A DNA stretch of 59,795 bases from Toensbergia leucococca (Eukaryota), in assembly GCA_022813965.1 (NCBI GenBank), contig JALDZS010000152.1, forward strand, positions 1 to 59,795. Direction: 5' to 3'. Position 1 is the stretch's first letter; the number at the start of each line of letters is the position of its first letter. The translations under genes and the position numbers were made by a program. Below, piece by piece: positions 44,447 to 59,060 of this stretch. The notes under the pieces are model-generated. The model made no database searches. It worked only from the letters and a program-made list of their open reading frames with translations, and was not told where the DNA came from.

Positions 44447-46440
44447 TCAAACCGTGACTTGCTTCTTCTTCTTCTGCCACATGAGGAGTGTTGCTGAGAT
44501 TTGAGCGGCAGCATAGCCCGACAGAACAATCATCTGCAGATTGTAACCGTGCGCGAAGATACCTCTGACGCTATCCTGTTGCTCCGGATGAAGTTGTGCT
44601 AGATATTCTCCCGAAAGGATCGAGGAGCTATTATCGACAATAGAGCTGACAATCTCGGTAAGTTTGGGTCTGGTGTAACGTTGAAAACAGAGGTCGTGAT
44701 TGCCAATACGATCGCGCCTCCCATGGGTCGCATTTGAGATGCAGCGCTCATTCCCACAGCTGACAGTTTAGTTTCGTTTACCTATGTTATAGACATCAGC
44801 CACGTACCTTTATCGCGTGATTCAACGCAGAAAGGAATCAGTAATAAGAGAGTAGAGATGTTGATCCCACAACCGAGTCCAGCAATAACCTCGAAATTAT
44901 AGATGCGCGTCGGTAGGTCTGTAGATTCTGGTAGAGATGCCAATAGGGAGAATCCGAGTATTTGAAGAGTTGCTGAGCAAAGTACAACGTAAATCGCTGA
45001 CATTTTCAGTTTCCTAGCGACTATTGAAGCGATCGATGAACCTGTTGGTGCAGCAAGCGTGAACGGCATGAGGTTGACTCCCGCCTGAAGAGGAGAGCAA
45101 CCATGGACCATCTGAAATTTCTGCGGGAGTTGGAATATTGTTACAAACCATGGGCCACCAACGAAGGCGGAATTTCTGGTTTTGACTTAGTAGGACCCCT
45201 TGTGAAAGAGCTTACTAAGACTTACAACAGCAACCCGACTACGTTCTTCATAAACCGCCACAGAAGGACGGCTTCCACTGTCTTGCTATGCTTTGCGATG
45301 CGCCTCTCCCAGAGCAGAAGAGCGATCCATAAAAATCCGGATATTGTAACCAGTTAAATGACATATGCTGACTCCCATGGGAAAAGGGCGTTAGCTTCTT
45401 GAAACCCAGCTATGAGTGACAGAGATGCCAAAAAGAGGAGAGCGGCCCCGATGGTGTCAATCCTATCACGGATCTCTTTCGCAAATATGGCCAAAAACGT
45501 GCGGCGCTGACGATTAGGTTGACAAGCGCAGGTATTGCTGCAGGGACACTGCATCACATCAAGTCGGGTATCAAGCTTTCAGTGCTAATAGAAAGGAGCT
45601 TACTTCAAGAGAAACAGCCAGCGCCAAGTTGTATTGGAACTAATTGCTCCTCCAATAACGGGCCCCAGTAGTAGCGAAAACGCAAACACAATTGTAAGAT
45701 TGGCGGCATACATTGCAAATTTCTCTGGAGGAACAAGGTCGGTGACCAAGGCGGTGGAGATTGCAAAGCATCCTCCTCCTCCCATGCCTTGGAATGCACG
45801 AAAGATGATCCTGTATTTCAATCACTCCTTAACTCAAGTTTGATACTGAAGAAACTCACAATTCTGTCAATGTCTGAGCAGCGCCGCACACAGCAGAAAA
45901 GGTTATGAAGATGGATATGGCCAATGCTAGCATAAGCTTCCTGCCAAAAATATCACTCAGTTTGGCGAAGATAACCAGAACGCCTAGCTTTGTAAGCTTT
46001 GGCATAAGCATAAAGCGGTCAGGCACTCCACACCAACGTATCCAAGAAGGTAGCTTGCTGTTACCCAGCTAGCATTGTTGAAACCACCTAAGCTATCTGT
46101 AATGGGTACTAAGGACGTCGCGACGATAGGAATCTCCAAACTGGTGAGAAACAAGGAGATTGCCAACCTAAGACGTTATTAGTAAGTGCACTATCAAGTT
46201 GAGATGATATGAGGCTTACGATAGGGTGATAAGCCAGAATCGGATTCCCGTGATATAGTCAATCTGATCATGTCCTTCTCTAGCAACACTTACCGCAACG
46301 TCCGCGTGTTCTTCAACTATCGAGTTGCCGTCCTCCTCAGGATGATCACGAATGACTGAAATAGTCTGCTCTTTTTCATCAAATATATTGGAAACAGGGA
46401 CAGGGATAGCTGTAGCTGTACTCGTGTTCGGTTCAGCCAT
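44447..46440 (-). pseudogene. MFS drug:H+ antiporter (DHA2-like, 14 TMS) with two frameshifts
   Basis: SLFLTSLEIPIVATSL, FRAFQGMGGGG, GPVIGGAI...WRWLFL; frame break near 45520 (VPAAIPALV / QPNRQRR) and a 1-nt loss near 44680 (VFN[G]YTRPKL). Confidence 0.75.
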
Positions 46441-47414
46441 ACCGTATAGGTTGTGAGCGGAGAAAAAGAGGCAGTTCGCCCGTGGGGTTAAATGCAGACC
46501 ACAGTATAATTGCTATTAATGTAGCTTTCTGAAGATTTGACAGCATCCAATGGTGTGCCAAAGCATATGGAGATAGAAAATTAAGGATTGGAACTTTCAG
46601 AGCAATTGAAAGAAAGAGATGGGGCATGAGAAAACCCTGAGAAAGGTGAGCTTGTCATACTGACCTCCATTCTCTGAAGTGTCTACATGTGCGCGTCCTA
46701 ACATGTGGGGATAACCACTATGACATATCAAGGCAAATGTAGGCATCTGTATTGTGTAACAGACTGCTGTGCAGAGGCCGCGTGGGCTGCGTTGTTACCC
46801 ATATTTCTGGATCCATGCTTACACCAGAGAACCCTTGTCTGCAGAGGTGGTGAAGAAATATGGCGTGCATATCCAGCCGTATCTGTATGATAAGTATGCC
46901 TTACACACCTGTCTGGATTTTAGCATAGTACGGATACTTTACTCAAGAGACAGGCAGGAGCAGTCAATGCGCAAGGATTCAATTTGAACCAGCACCCATT
47001 ACCGCCGCCTACAGTCACGGGGACATCCCCAACGGTCTTGACACTTTGTCTCGCATACGGCAAAGCATATACGAGGGTTACAAGACGCATATCATTCGTC
47101 CTTAACAGATATAGTGTGGATTCAGCAGCTCCGAGAGTGCTGCGAATCGTTGAGTCTTGGTCAGCTTCTGCATTATTCTTGCATTCCAAACTATCTCTCT
47201 GCGTTGACGATCTTTCTGGCCTTCCAGGCGCAAGTCTAAGTCTTGATTGTTTCAACTTCCAGTTGGCTGCTGCAAGACGCCCCATATGAAACTTATTAAC
47301 ATGTCTTTGGAGGGCATCTAGTCGACATCAATATTCATTATTGATTGCGCCACTCGCACTCAAAGTATCCACAACATCTCACCACATTACTTGTTGTCCA
47401 AGTATCATTGAATC

Positions 47415-48849
47415 ATGACCGATATGGCCTGGGCTCGTCACCTGTCTCGTAGGCAGCAGCAGGCACTGCTAGATGGCCCGGCGATGGAGCCACCACCTGG
47501 CATTATTCCGAACTTTACCAACCCGCCGAATCACGTCGCTTTAGGGTTAGGAATCCTATTCGCTGTCTCGACTGTGGCTGGATTCCTTATTTTTTGTCAG
47601 CTGTACTCAAGGATTGTTCTTATTCACAAGGTTGGCGTGGCAGATTGTAAGTGCAATCAAGCAAGCATGAAGAGTCGTGAATTAATGGTAGAAAGATATC
47701 GCAGCTGTGGCTTTGGTAAGGCCTCAACAATTTGACTCATTCTTCATTAGCCTGTACTAAAGTTTTTCAGGGAAGTTTGGCAGCCTTTGATTTCTTCGAC
47801 TGGAGATTGATAAATTCCATCGGACTCTTCCGCCATCAATGGGATATTCAACTGAAAGAAATCTCAGGACCATCTCATGTAGGTTCAGTTCTTTATAGAA
47901 AGATATGAATCACTAAGAAGTGAAGGACATCAGCGCTGGCTCAATAGTGTACGGGGTTGTTATTATGCTGTTGAAAGTCGGGATCCTGTATAACTGGACC
48001 CATATTTTCGTCCCAAGAGGATCTCGTAACGCGTTCTGGTGGATGTGTCATATTGTGCTCTGGATTAATGTTGCCTTCTATGTCACCAGCTCTTTGATGG
48101 GAATATCTGGGTGCACACCTCGGGAAAGGCTCTGGAACCCGTTGATAGAAGGAAAATGCCTGGATATTCCCACAGTCATCATCGTGTCCGCCTTTCTCAA
48201 CTTCTTCTCCGACATCATCATTCTGTTACTTCCACAGAAGGTTATTTGGGGCCTACATATGTCAGTCACAAAGAAATCAGGAATTGCGGCTTTATTTGCC
48301 GTAGGAGTTTTGTTCGTTCCTGAAGCCTAGACTCATCAGCAAGTTTTACTGAATCTTCACTTTCGCAGTGCCACTACTTGTGCTGGATTTCGCATCCCAA
48401 GGACCATTGACTTCGCAAACAACGCCGACAGGACCTACACCATCTCCTCACTTAGCCTATGGTCCATCGCGGAAATGACGGCCGGATTCTTCGTTCTTTG
48501 TCTACCCACAATGCCGAAGTTACTCAAGGACTCCCCTTGGATATGTAAGCTCATGTCAAGGGTCAAGTCCCTATTGAGATGGACTTCGGCGACAGTAAGA
48601 AGTGAGCCCGGTAGAAAGGGCAGCAACTTATGGCTACGGCCTAAACCCCGACGGGCTCCGGACGCAAGTCTGTTTACTGACTCGAGTCAGCAGGGCTTCG
48701 TGCCTCCAACCGATGTCAGCAATTCATCCGAGTCTGATGGTCAACATCACAAGTCGTGGCAACAGTTGGATCATGTTGATGTCGTCAGCCTAGAGAATCA
48801 CTCATGGGCGCAAGAAGTCATTGCGGTTTTGAGGGAACTGGTCGCCTAA
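47415..48849 (+). CDS. PTH11-like integral membrane protein (no CFEM domain seen), multi-exon
   Basis: PAMEPPPGIIPNFTNPPN, HQWDI, LLKVGIL, CTPRERLWNP...GKC, SDIIILLLPQKVIWGLHMS..KK, AEMTAGFFVLCLP. Confidence 0.85.
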
Positions 48850-49197
48850 TTCTGTAGGGTCGCACGATTACCCTAACTCGTGAGACAAAGATCACGGCTA
48901 TTTGAAAGAAAATGTGACCGAGGACCGGTGTGTTTCTTGATCATGACTTCATCAGATACTGATTGCAATCTAAAAGACCCTCTCGTAAAGCATTCAAATA
49001 TCTGACCCTATACCTTAGCAAGGTCTAAAGGCAGGTTCTTATGACAGTGCCTGAATTAGCGGCATAGGTAGGTACCAAATAATAGATTGACATGACAGAT
49101 CGTTGAGTTTCAAGCCAAGCACAGTAGGTTGACCTGCAAAAGAAGGGAAAGATGGTGGGCGCGAAAACGAGAAGGAGAAGCAAATGTTAAGGTCGCC

Positions 49198-52100
49198 CAA
49201 GGCTTTTGATAATTGATCGACTATTTAGCGGACTATTAGTCCTAAATAGTCGATCTGATTCTTGATTTAACTAGTTGATTATTAAATAGTTGATTATTTC
49301 TCAGACTAATAGTTGACTGATTATTTTGATGATTATTTGAGGTGAGTGTTTTTGATATGTAAACACCCTAACTGAGCCTGATTTTAGCCTGAATAGGGCT
49401 AGTTTCACCCTGAAATCTGAATTTTTACTTCATCATTTATTGTCACTATCAAATATTTATTTATTTTCATTCATTTTTATTAACAATCATGAATAGTGAT
49501 ACTGATTCTGATCTATCTACTGCTTCTACTACTATTAATTCTATCAATCCCTTCATCATTGCTGCTTTGATCACCTTAGGCCTCAACCCTGCACAAAATA
49601 CTCAAGAAATTGTGATTAGAAAAGGTATTATATTTTAAAAAGTTCTCAAGCTCAGAGAATCAGTTACTCAACAAATGTGACTGTCACAACAATCTATTAT
49701 TATATTATCAGCTACTAAACAAAAGAAAATGCAAGAGAAAAACACATAGAATCAGCAAATGAGAATTTGAAGTTATCTGATAAAGACATGTTCTTAGAAA
49801 CACTCAGGTTAGAATGCAGCATTTCTCAGACTTTCTTTCTCAAATGTTCTAAATTAAGGACTTCTGCTATTCACACTCATATTATTGTTTAGAAATAAAA
49901 TTATCATAAATAATTTGTCTGCAACTACTGTAGCAAAGCTTACAAATACTTCAGTGAATTAAATAACATGACTGATCATCTAAGAGATGCATATTAGCAG
50001 AATTTAAAAGTTAGTACTGTTGCCTTAAAGAGACAATAAGAAGGTATATTTATTTATCTTTCAAATTATTGTATCTAATGCAATGAGAAGGTATATTTAT
50101 AAATCAGACTATACTTCATAAAGTTAAAGTCAGTCTGAAGACAGAGATAAAAAGATAAGAGAAAATGCTAACTATTAGTATTAACAAAACTACTCTAAAG
50201 TATCTATTTATTGAATGAATAATAACAAATAATCTTTTATTCAATATCATCAATAATAAGCTCTTTTACAACCTTTTAAAATATCTTAATTTAGCTAAAA
50301 ATCATATGCTTTCTAATGCTGAATCTACTATTTAAATACATGCAAAAGCTCTATTTACTAAGAAGAAACAATGTCTTCATCATGTGCTTAATACATTTAT
50401 CTCTGACATACACATCACATGTAATATGTAAATGTCATCAAATTATCTGAGAATTCTCACAGTTAACAGTCACTTTATTGTAAAAAAGTTAAAGCTCTCT
50501 ATCTGCTTATTGAGGTTAGTGAAAATTCAAGGCACTCATTTAAATCTGAATCAGTTACAGACTGTTATTACTATTCTTGATAACTATGACATTATCAATA
50601 AGCTTGAGTATTTTATTATAAATAATGTCAGAAGTAACAATCTTCTTATTCAGAGTGTAGTTAATTATCTTATAGAAAATGATCTACCTTATAATGTAGA
50701 TCAATAATAACTTTAGTGTAATAATCACATCATTAATCTTACTGTTCAGACATCTCTTTTTAATAAAACTGTTAATAATTATCAGTATTCTAAAAATATC
50801 ATAATCTCTTCTTTAGATACTTAACTTTGTCAATGATGACAACTATAGTCTTTTAATAAGTTGCATAACATTATTATCTGAATAATAAGAAGCTTTCAAT
50901 GAATTTAAATCTTTGAAAGATATAGTAATGATTTGATACCTTATCAGAACAATAAGACAAGATAAAATTTCTAATATAAGATATTGAACTAATCTTTAGA
51001 AAAGATCTGACTGACTATTATTACAATAACTAGTGATGAACCTAATCTATTTAATGATATACTCAGTAGTAATAAATGAAAGACTCTAACTTATATATAA
51101 GATTTTCTGCAAGGATTTTTAGAGGCAACAGAAATAACTGAGAGTCATCAGACTGATCTAAATCATATACTTTCTACCTTAAACTATTTACTTAATCAAT
51201 TTGAGACTAAAGCTGAGATATATAAAGATTATTCAGGTATAAAGTAATTCTTTTATCATTATAATTACTTACTTATTCTTTTTAGCTATGAGGGAGTTTA
51301 TATAAATTGATTGAACAAAATTACTAAGTTACTAAAATAAGACTAAGAGATTATCTACTTATGTCACTGCTATTGTACTAAATTCTATCTATAAATGAAT
51401 GTATTTTAATAAATAAGACTTAGAGTGACAATCAAATATAAGAGCATCTATAAGAAGATACTGAGAAACAACATATAAGTCTATTATTGAATAGACACAT
51501 TTCAAGACTCTCAATGATAAGATCAATAATTAATTCTTTAGATAAAAACATAAGAAGTAAGAAGGTCTACAAAATCAGAATACAGTAAATAAACTTAATC
51601 TTTATTCAGATAATTTACTTATTCTCTTAAATAAACATTGAACAGCCTTTGATTAATGAGTGTTATCAGAGCAACATACTTAATTTTCTTAACTAAGTAA
51701 GATGACTATTAATATTTATTTTATATCAGTAATGTCTTTTGAATCAAAATGTGTGTTTTTCAAGATAAAGCATATTATTTTTAATTAATAATGTTGTTAT
51801 GAATATTTTTATAAAGGGTTTAGTGTATGTCACAAAGGACTTAGATTAGTGTTCTTAGATTTAGTTTATCTATTGACTCAGTCTTACACACTAGATATTT
51901 ATAATTCTAGCATCTAGACCATTATTTAACATACAGCACACATACTCAATACAGATTATTCTCAACAGGTGTAGTCTTGAATATGACATTATTGAGCTAT
52001 TAATGTGTCTAAAGAGTTAATTCTAACTTAATATATTTACAGAAGGTGATATGCATACAATTGTGTCAGATTTTAATAATAATGAGAGTATAACAGACCT

Positions 52101-52233
52101 GAACTAATAGTCTTAATTGTCAGACTATTACTTGACTGATTCTTGATCTAGAATAAACTACTGACTAATAGTCTGACTGTTAAATAGTCAATTCTACTCT
52201 CAGAACTAATAGTCTAAAATATTAAAAGCCTTG
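49198..52233 (+). mobile_element. hAT-family DNA transposon, near full length, RIP-inactivated
   Basis: TIRs caaggcttttgata / tattaaaagccttg; relic transposase motifs IHITCNM*MSSN (DxWTS), CNNHIINL (CxxH), VMSFESKCVF (SxxxERxFS), IIELLMCLKS*. Confidence 0.88.
51795..51967. mobile_element. Solo LTR inserted in the hAT dimerisation-domain region
   Basis: TGTTA...CAACA flanked by aatgt/ggtgt (TSD with G>A changes); transposase frame resumes after it. Confidence 0.6.
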
Positions 52234-55200
52234 ACTAATTATCACTCTCTAAACAAGGCAACTTAAATTCTAACTTGTTGTTAAAGCATTTCTGTTTATT
52301 CTGTTAGCTTGATAATAATTGATATCAAATCAACATACTTTAATATTTACTGTGTCACCAGGTCTCACTACCTAGGTAGCAATGATTTATAAGACTTGAA
52401 AACTGTGATCTGCATACGTTAGCTTAGAGGAATACAGTAATCAATTCAGTGTTCAAGCGTTAGAATACTGTAGCACATCAATCAATTTGCACTTTTTGAG
52501 TGAGGGCACGGGCCTGACTAACTCAGTAGCCTGATAAAGCTTATCCCTTACTGCCCTCCCCTTTAACATTCATATTAGAAAGATCAATTAGTCTGCAAGC
52601 TTAATAACTTCAATAATAGAGACAAGAATCATAGATAACAATCATATAATCAAGAATTGTAGTCAACCTTATGAAATAGTGATCTTTCTATCTATCAACT
52701 ATAAGTCTAATCCTTGAAAATGTGAGGTGAAAAGATGATGAATTTGAAAGCTAGAAACTGACTACTTAATTATCTATGATTACATGATCTAGCGCTCATG
52801 CGCAAGTCTGAGTTTCTGAATTTCTGAACACATGTCTTTAAGGCCCTATCAATTTCTCAATTTCCTGATTCTTCCTTTAACACATTCTTACCTCAATTTC
52901 ATGACTCATTATAAGTCATTCAATATGCAGATATTTATAGATTCATTGAATTTGAGTAAACGCAGTGATCAGAGAGAGAGGTAAAAAAATAGATTGAGTG
53001 GTAATAGAATGCAATTTAAAGTTGAAGGGTGATCACTAATAGCAGATTCCTCACTGTTATAAGGAAGGTCATTGAAGTTGAGTTGATTCTAAGCTTTCTA
53101 AGTTATAATAAAGAAGTGATTCTTAATAATAAAGAAATCTGAGTTAGACTAGCTGATAATAACAACTCTAAATAAATAGTGATTGAGTTCACAAGATTTA
53201 TGATCATAATAATAAATTATTATTCTCAGTCTTCTTGAACTGAGAACTCAGACATGACATTTAAAGTCATTATTATTGTGCATCTGACACTCACATATCT
53301 TAGTGTGAGGCATGTTGATGAGTTGAATGTCATAGTATCTTTCTTTCAAATGTTAAATTACAATAAGCAAGTCTTTAATTCTAGTTCATTCTTAGCATCT
53401 TTTTTCATAAAGATACTATAGATGCTTTTGTAATCATGATCATGTCTTTCCTTTACATCAACTGATAAGCTTTATTTTACACTCAGCTTGATAGTAATTG
53501 ACGTTTTTATGACTCATCTTCAGTATTATAAACGTTGTTCTTATTGAACAGGATTTTTCTGAGATCTTTGATCCTCAGTTATTCAGTATATTCATTTATA
53601 TTTCCTTCACCCTTACTAGAATGCGCTAGAACCAGCTCTTTTAAACTTGAAAAGTTTATCAAATTACTATTCATGTTCTCTCTTGCTCCTTTAATATAAT
53701 TATATACCTTTTGAAGCTTCTTGATTATTTTTTTAACAATTGATGATTTGAGTTCTTCAATAAGACTCTTGATAGTCAGATCTATATATCAGGTGACATT
53801 CACAGTCATTAAGTTTATGAAATAGAATGCTTTAATCAACACTCAGTATTTGATGAAGACCTTTTTGAGATCTTTGAATGCCTTCTCAAGGTTCATTTTT
53901 AGAACTTTTGACAGTGTGAGATTTAACTTCAGTAAGGTCAGTATGTCAGTTTACTTTGAATGTGTTTTCTCTGTCTCCTTTGTTTCTTTTCATTCCTTCA
54001 CATCCTTTCCTTTCTTTATCCCCTTCACTTTCTCTACATCCTTTCCTTCTTTTATCTTCTTCACTTCCTTTCTTGATATTCTCTCTTTTGCTTTCTTTGA
54101 TAAGGTTTCTTTTATCTTCTTCAATGACGTTTCTTTTATCTTCTTCAATAGTGTCTCTTTCATCTTCTTCAATGATATTGTTGATGATTGCAGACTGAAT
54201 AGCATCTTTGTACTTGAAGTCTTCTTTCTCTTTATTTTTGATTCTTCAACTAAAGAGACGCTAGCAGGTCACTTTTTACTCTTTTCATATGATGTCACCT
54301 GTCCTAACATTATTTCATCAGTCTGAAACTTATCTTTCTGTTCAGTCACTCAGTCCTTTACTTCTAAAATATTCATCTTCTTTCTCTTTTTCTTTTCAAC
54401 CTTTTATAGCTTTTTAAACGTTCCCTCAATTCTCACCTGTAGTCTTTCATCACTGAATAGCTGATATCTGTTTATGATTATGTATTTTTACACCTTCTCT
54501 TCATCATTTTATGTTTTAGCTGCTGTGCTTATGAGCGCCTGATTTCTCCTCATTATATTGTGTGTGATGAAATCAGCCTCATATCTGTCACTCAGATTCT
54601 TACAGAATCCTTTTTCTTTTCAGAGAATAAGAATATGAATTCACTTGTCAGAAAGTTTTATATGAAGTAATAAGAAGCTGAGTCTCTTACTCTCATTCTT
54701 ATTTTCTCAATTGACTAATTCAATATTAAATATTCACTGCTTTTTGTAGATTGCTGAAAGTTAAATTGCTTCTTGTTAGTCTTCACAACTTTTTCATTTT
54801 TATTCTTTCACAAACAGTAATATAACTGTTGAGTATTGAAATTTTTAGTTAGATTATTAACCTTATTGTTATAGCCTTCTAATTCTAAACTATTCAAACT
54901 AAAAGCTTCAGTGAGAACCTTTAATTCAGTCAAGTCTTCTGAAGAAGTATTCTGTAATTTCTCTACAGGTTTAATAGTAAGTCTTATATTCAATAATCAC
55001 TCTCTGTACTTATTCTCTAATAGTAGGAGGTTAATAGCAGTAAATTTAGTATGTATCATTTGATTCCTTGAATTCTTGAATGATGATCTGATTGTATTAG
55101 TTATGTGCTGATCAAACTTTCAGCTTATTTAAAAGAAAGGTAATCTGATTGTACTAGTTGTATGATAACAGAGCTTTTAACTTGAACTAATATGAGATGT
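52234..55200 (-). mobile_element. Unclassified RIP-degenerate repeat/retroelement relic with K/E-rich low-complexity coding remnant
   Basis: AT-rich and CpG-poor; LTR/PPT-like segment at ~52353-52565; 24-nt periodic repeats at 53950-54180. Confidence 0.35.
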
Positions 55201-56690
55201 CTAGAGAAGATTGTAAGGTCAAAACTTCAGAAGCAAGTAAATTCACTATCAGTGATGAGATAGGCAGTAACATTGATCTAGAAAAGTAATTGAAATGTCA
55301 ATACAAGGGGGTAAAAAAGATGCCTTCTATTCAATACTAGTGTACAGAGAGCTTGATCATACACAGTAGAATTATTAGAGAAGAGAAAACTTTTATTACT
55401 CAAGGTTGTTGGTAATGATTCAGTAAGGTGTAAGTAAGATGATGAGTTGATGAAGAAAAAGGAGTAAATATAGTAGTGTTGCTCACTTAGCAGGTAAATA
55501 TTCACTTAGTTAGTATTAACAACTTCTTTTCTTAGTCTTACTTGTTCTTCATCTATTGAGTTACATTCAGTGACTTCTAACTGAGCCTGAGATATTGAGT
55601 ATTCAGTCTTGTTTTATCTGCCTCATGTCACCTTTCTTATAAATCTCTGAAGTCATCATCTTGAAATATTCTTCATTCTTATTGTGCTAACGTGCATCCT
55701 CTTTCATATCTCTCATTCTCTTATACCTTGTCTGACAGCATTCTCTGACCCTTTACCTGACTGAATAGCGTTAATCAAAGATAGGTTTAAGCTACATTTA
55801 AGGTTCAGCTCAATCACATCTCTCTTCTCAATCCTCATATTTGATTCAACTTCATGTCACCTTTTCTATAAATCTCTGAAGTTGTTTCTTCAAGAATACA
55901 CACGTGGCTGTGAGTTTAATGTTATCTCAGGATAATGAAAGTCTATTCTATGACTTCTGATTATGTCTTTATTCTTTTTACATGATTCAATATGTCAGAA
56001 TTTCTCCATCATGCTTTGATCTTAGATACTCTTCTTATAGTCAGAACACTTGCATGTGATCTTCATAATATATATTTGAGGCAGGTTTTTTATTCAATCT
56101 TCATAATGTGTATGAGGTCTTGTGATCTCCTTCATAGTCAGTAACTACATATGATTTAGTGTTCTGTAAGAAGAGTTTTTCAAGATGTGATGTTAAATCT
56201 TATATCAAGATCAGGTCACTGAGTAAAAAGAACTTTAGAGTAACTCTGTGATCATATTGTTGCTTCAGCTTGTCTTTTGATTTCATGATTTGACTATAGG
56301 TATTCTCTCTTACATTGACTCTCTGCGTTATGAACTCTCAAATGATCTGAAGTTGATTCTTATTATAATCAAGTCTATTATTCAATCTTTCTTTCTTACA
56401 ATTCTCAAAATCTATATTTATCATCAGTGTTTCTCTTTCTTCTTTATGATTGATAAGCTTCATTTTACACTCAGCTTGATGATAGTTAGAACTTTCTCTG
56501 TTTATACATAGACTTGCTGATATATCTTTAACTATGAACACAATTTTTATAAGTGAGTAACTCAGATGATCAATTAATCTAGAATTTATTTCTGACAAAC
56601 AGTGACTTAATACTTCATCTCATTTCAACATCAGGGACATGATCCTTTTAAATGCTTGCTGTAGTATTTTATTTAACCTTTCTATCATGC

Positions 56691-59060
56691 TGTAAGGGTC
56701 TCTTTTGAGATTCTGAATTCTAAGTGTAAATAAAAGATGTCTAACTATCTAAGTGCAAAGTCACTAGATATACTGTGATAATGTCAAGTCACTTAGAGTT
56801 GCTGACTCATCTAATCTCACCTAACTACCTTAGCCCTAAGAAAGCACTGTAACAATTGCCCCTTACAAAAAGATCACTTCATGCTCTTATAAATTTTTCA
56901 CAGTCTTGTTAATTCCTTGCCCTTAGGATTTATGTTTATTTTTCTTCATCATCTATTTACATCACAATGATGAGGTGACTGAAGGTGAGGATTTATGAAT
57001 TTGAAACTCAGAGTAGGTGCTAGAGATTTGACTGATTTTGTAGGCAAAACAGTGACTGATTCTCTGTAGAAAGTCATCAGTTTTGAAGGTATTCATTTGA
57101 ATTGATTTGCACACTGACAAATGACTAGGAAATCATGAGATTTAGTAGGTAGGTGTGTCACAATTTTTCTACACAGGGTAGCTGAAGTTGATGGACTTGA
57201 TTTAGGTGATTTTGCGCGCCTGCAAGTCACCAGAGATTCATGTATCTTCATAAGTCAAAATGCTACCTTATCTTCTGATGATTTTGAATTCATTTGAGTG
57301 CATGAATTTATGTCTAGAAGTCATGTTTTTGAGGTCAGAGATAAATCTTAATTAGTATGTGAATTTGAGATAATATCTTTATGCTTGTATAAAGGAGCTC
57401 ATGAATTATAAAAAAGGTCTCAGGTTATAAGTTTCATAATAAATAAGATATATGTGCTGATAGGACTGATGATAGAAGTTGTAGATGTAGTCAGGGCTAC
57501 CTTGAGTATTTCTGATATGTCTTCATCATTATACACACTGGTCACAATAATGTCAGACTTGAAAATGCAAATAAAGTCAGAAATTGAGTCTAAAATGAAG
57601 TCAGAAATGAAGTCAGAAATGAAGTCAGTCTTACTAGTCTCACTGATCTCACTGAACTTACTGATCTCACTGAACTTACTGATCTCACTGAACTTAGAAT
57701 AGATGTCCTTATTGTCTGAAATGACAGAGAAAGCTGATAAGAGAAAAGAAGCTATTAGTGTTAGTGTGATGAAGGCAACTGTCATAATAAGAGAGACAGA
57801 GATGACAGAGGGTATAGAAGCAGATGTTGAGATAGATGTTGATGAAGGACTTAATGAAATGATAACTTTAGTCTTCATGTGCGTCTCTCTGATGTGCTTG
57901 GGCATAAGGTTTTTTAATGAAAATTTCAGCTCACATGTCTTGCATATTATCTTATAATTCATAAAAGATCTGTCACTATCATCATTTCATGCATAATTGA
58001 CCCTTGAGGTCCTACCTGATTGTGCATATTTTATGAAATAACGCTCAGAGGTAAGTAATTGCTCAGGGCATCGTCAGTGTAAGAATGTTGAGGGCAAAGG
58101 AGTTGTCACTAAAGGAGAAGTTGGGAAAAATGTAGAAGGTATAACTGTGCATTTCTTAAATCTTTGAATGAGTTAGTGGTAATACTGTTCTAGCCTGTCA
58201 CCTCACAGGAGTTTCTTTTTCATTGTAATGAGTTCTAAGGTGTATCACCTATTTGTTGATCCTCAGAAGGTCTGTGATATTATCATCCTCAGTTTTTCTT
58301 CTCCTCACACCTTTTTAAGATCTCAGAGGTGATCAATGTAGCTATAGACATCTTTGTAGAAGGTATGTCTTCTGAAGGTAAACATTTTAGTGATATCTGC
58401 ACAGTCAGGTTCAAAGAATCTTACCTTCTCAGAGGTCTATTTCTTGAGCTCTTGAGGCTCACAGTCCTGAGGTTTTTATTTCACTGAATTTTCTGTGAGT
58501 CTTTCTTAATTTGTCTGTACAGCAGTGATGACTGTTAGGAATCAGTTTTTCATTTTATTTAGCTGTTTCAGAGAAATACTAGATGGTTAATTTTATGATA
58601 TTTGAGCAGTGATGCTAAAGAAGGGCTGTAAAGGTGAGTTAATCATGTTATTTTCACAGGCTTAGATAGAGAATTGAATTTAGATAGAGATTAAATTTAG
58701 ATAAAGATTGCTGATAGATAGAGATTGCTAATAGATTAAGAGGATAATCAACCTATAGAGAAACTCAGAGGTGAGAATGTAGTTCTTTGATGAGTAGAAT
58801 TACTCAGGACTTCTACTCAGTCAATGATGAGTTAAATAATAGTGTACTCAGTCAATGATAAGTAACTTAATGGCAACAGTTACTGTTGCTACTATTTGTA
58901 AGGGTCTCTTTTGAGATTCTGAATTCTGAGTGTAAATAGAAGATGTCTAGCTATCTAGGTGCAAAGTCACTAGATATATCATGATAATGTCAAGTCACTT
59001 AGAGTTGCTGACTCATCTAACCTCACCTAACTACCTTAGCCTTAAAAAAGCACTGTAACA
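56691..59060 (-). mobile_element. Non-autonomous LTR element (2370 bp); LTRs 56691-56854 and 58897-59060
   Basis: 164-bp TG...CA direct repeats, perfect TSD catgc/catgc, PPT-like attgcccctt at 56855; internal gag-like relic (FFEPD...RHTFYKDVYSYIDHL) and C2H2 motif CKTC..HIRETH; no pol. Confidence 0.9.
57585..57697. repeat. Short tandem repeats (12-nt and 18-nt units) inside the nested element
   Basis: gaagtcagaaat-like units followed by ctgatctcactgaactta x3. Confidence 0.8.

Noticed and set aside
53850..54326. 158-aa F/S-rich ORF, and periodic repeats here and at 57585-57697 as a CRISPR-like array
   Set aside because: Eukaryotic context; tandem units without unique spacers; antisense of K/E-rich repeats in a transposon relic
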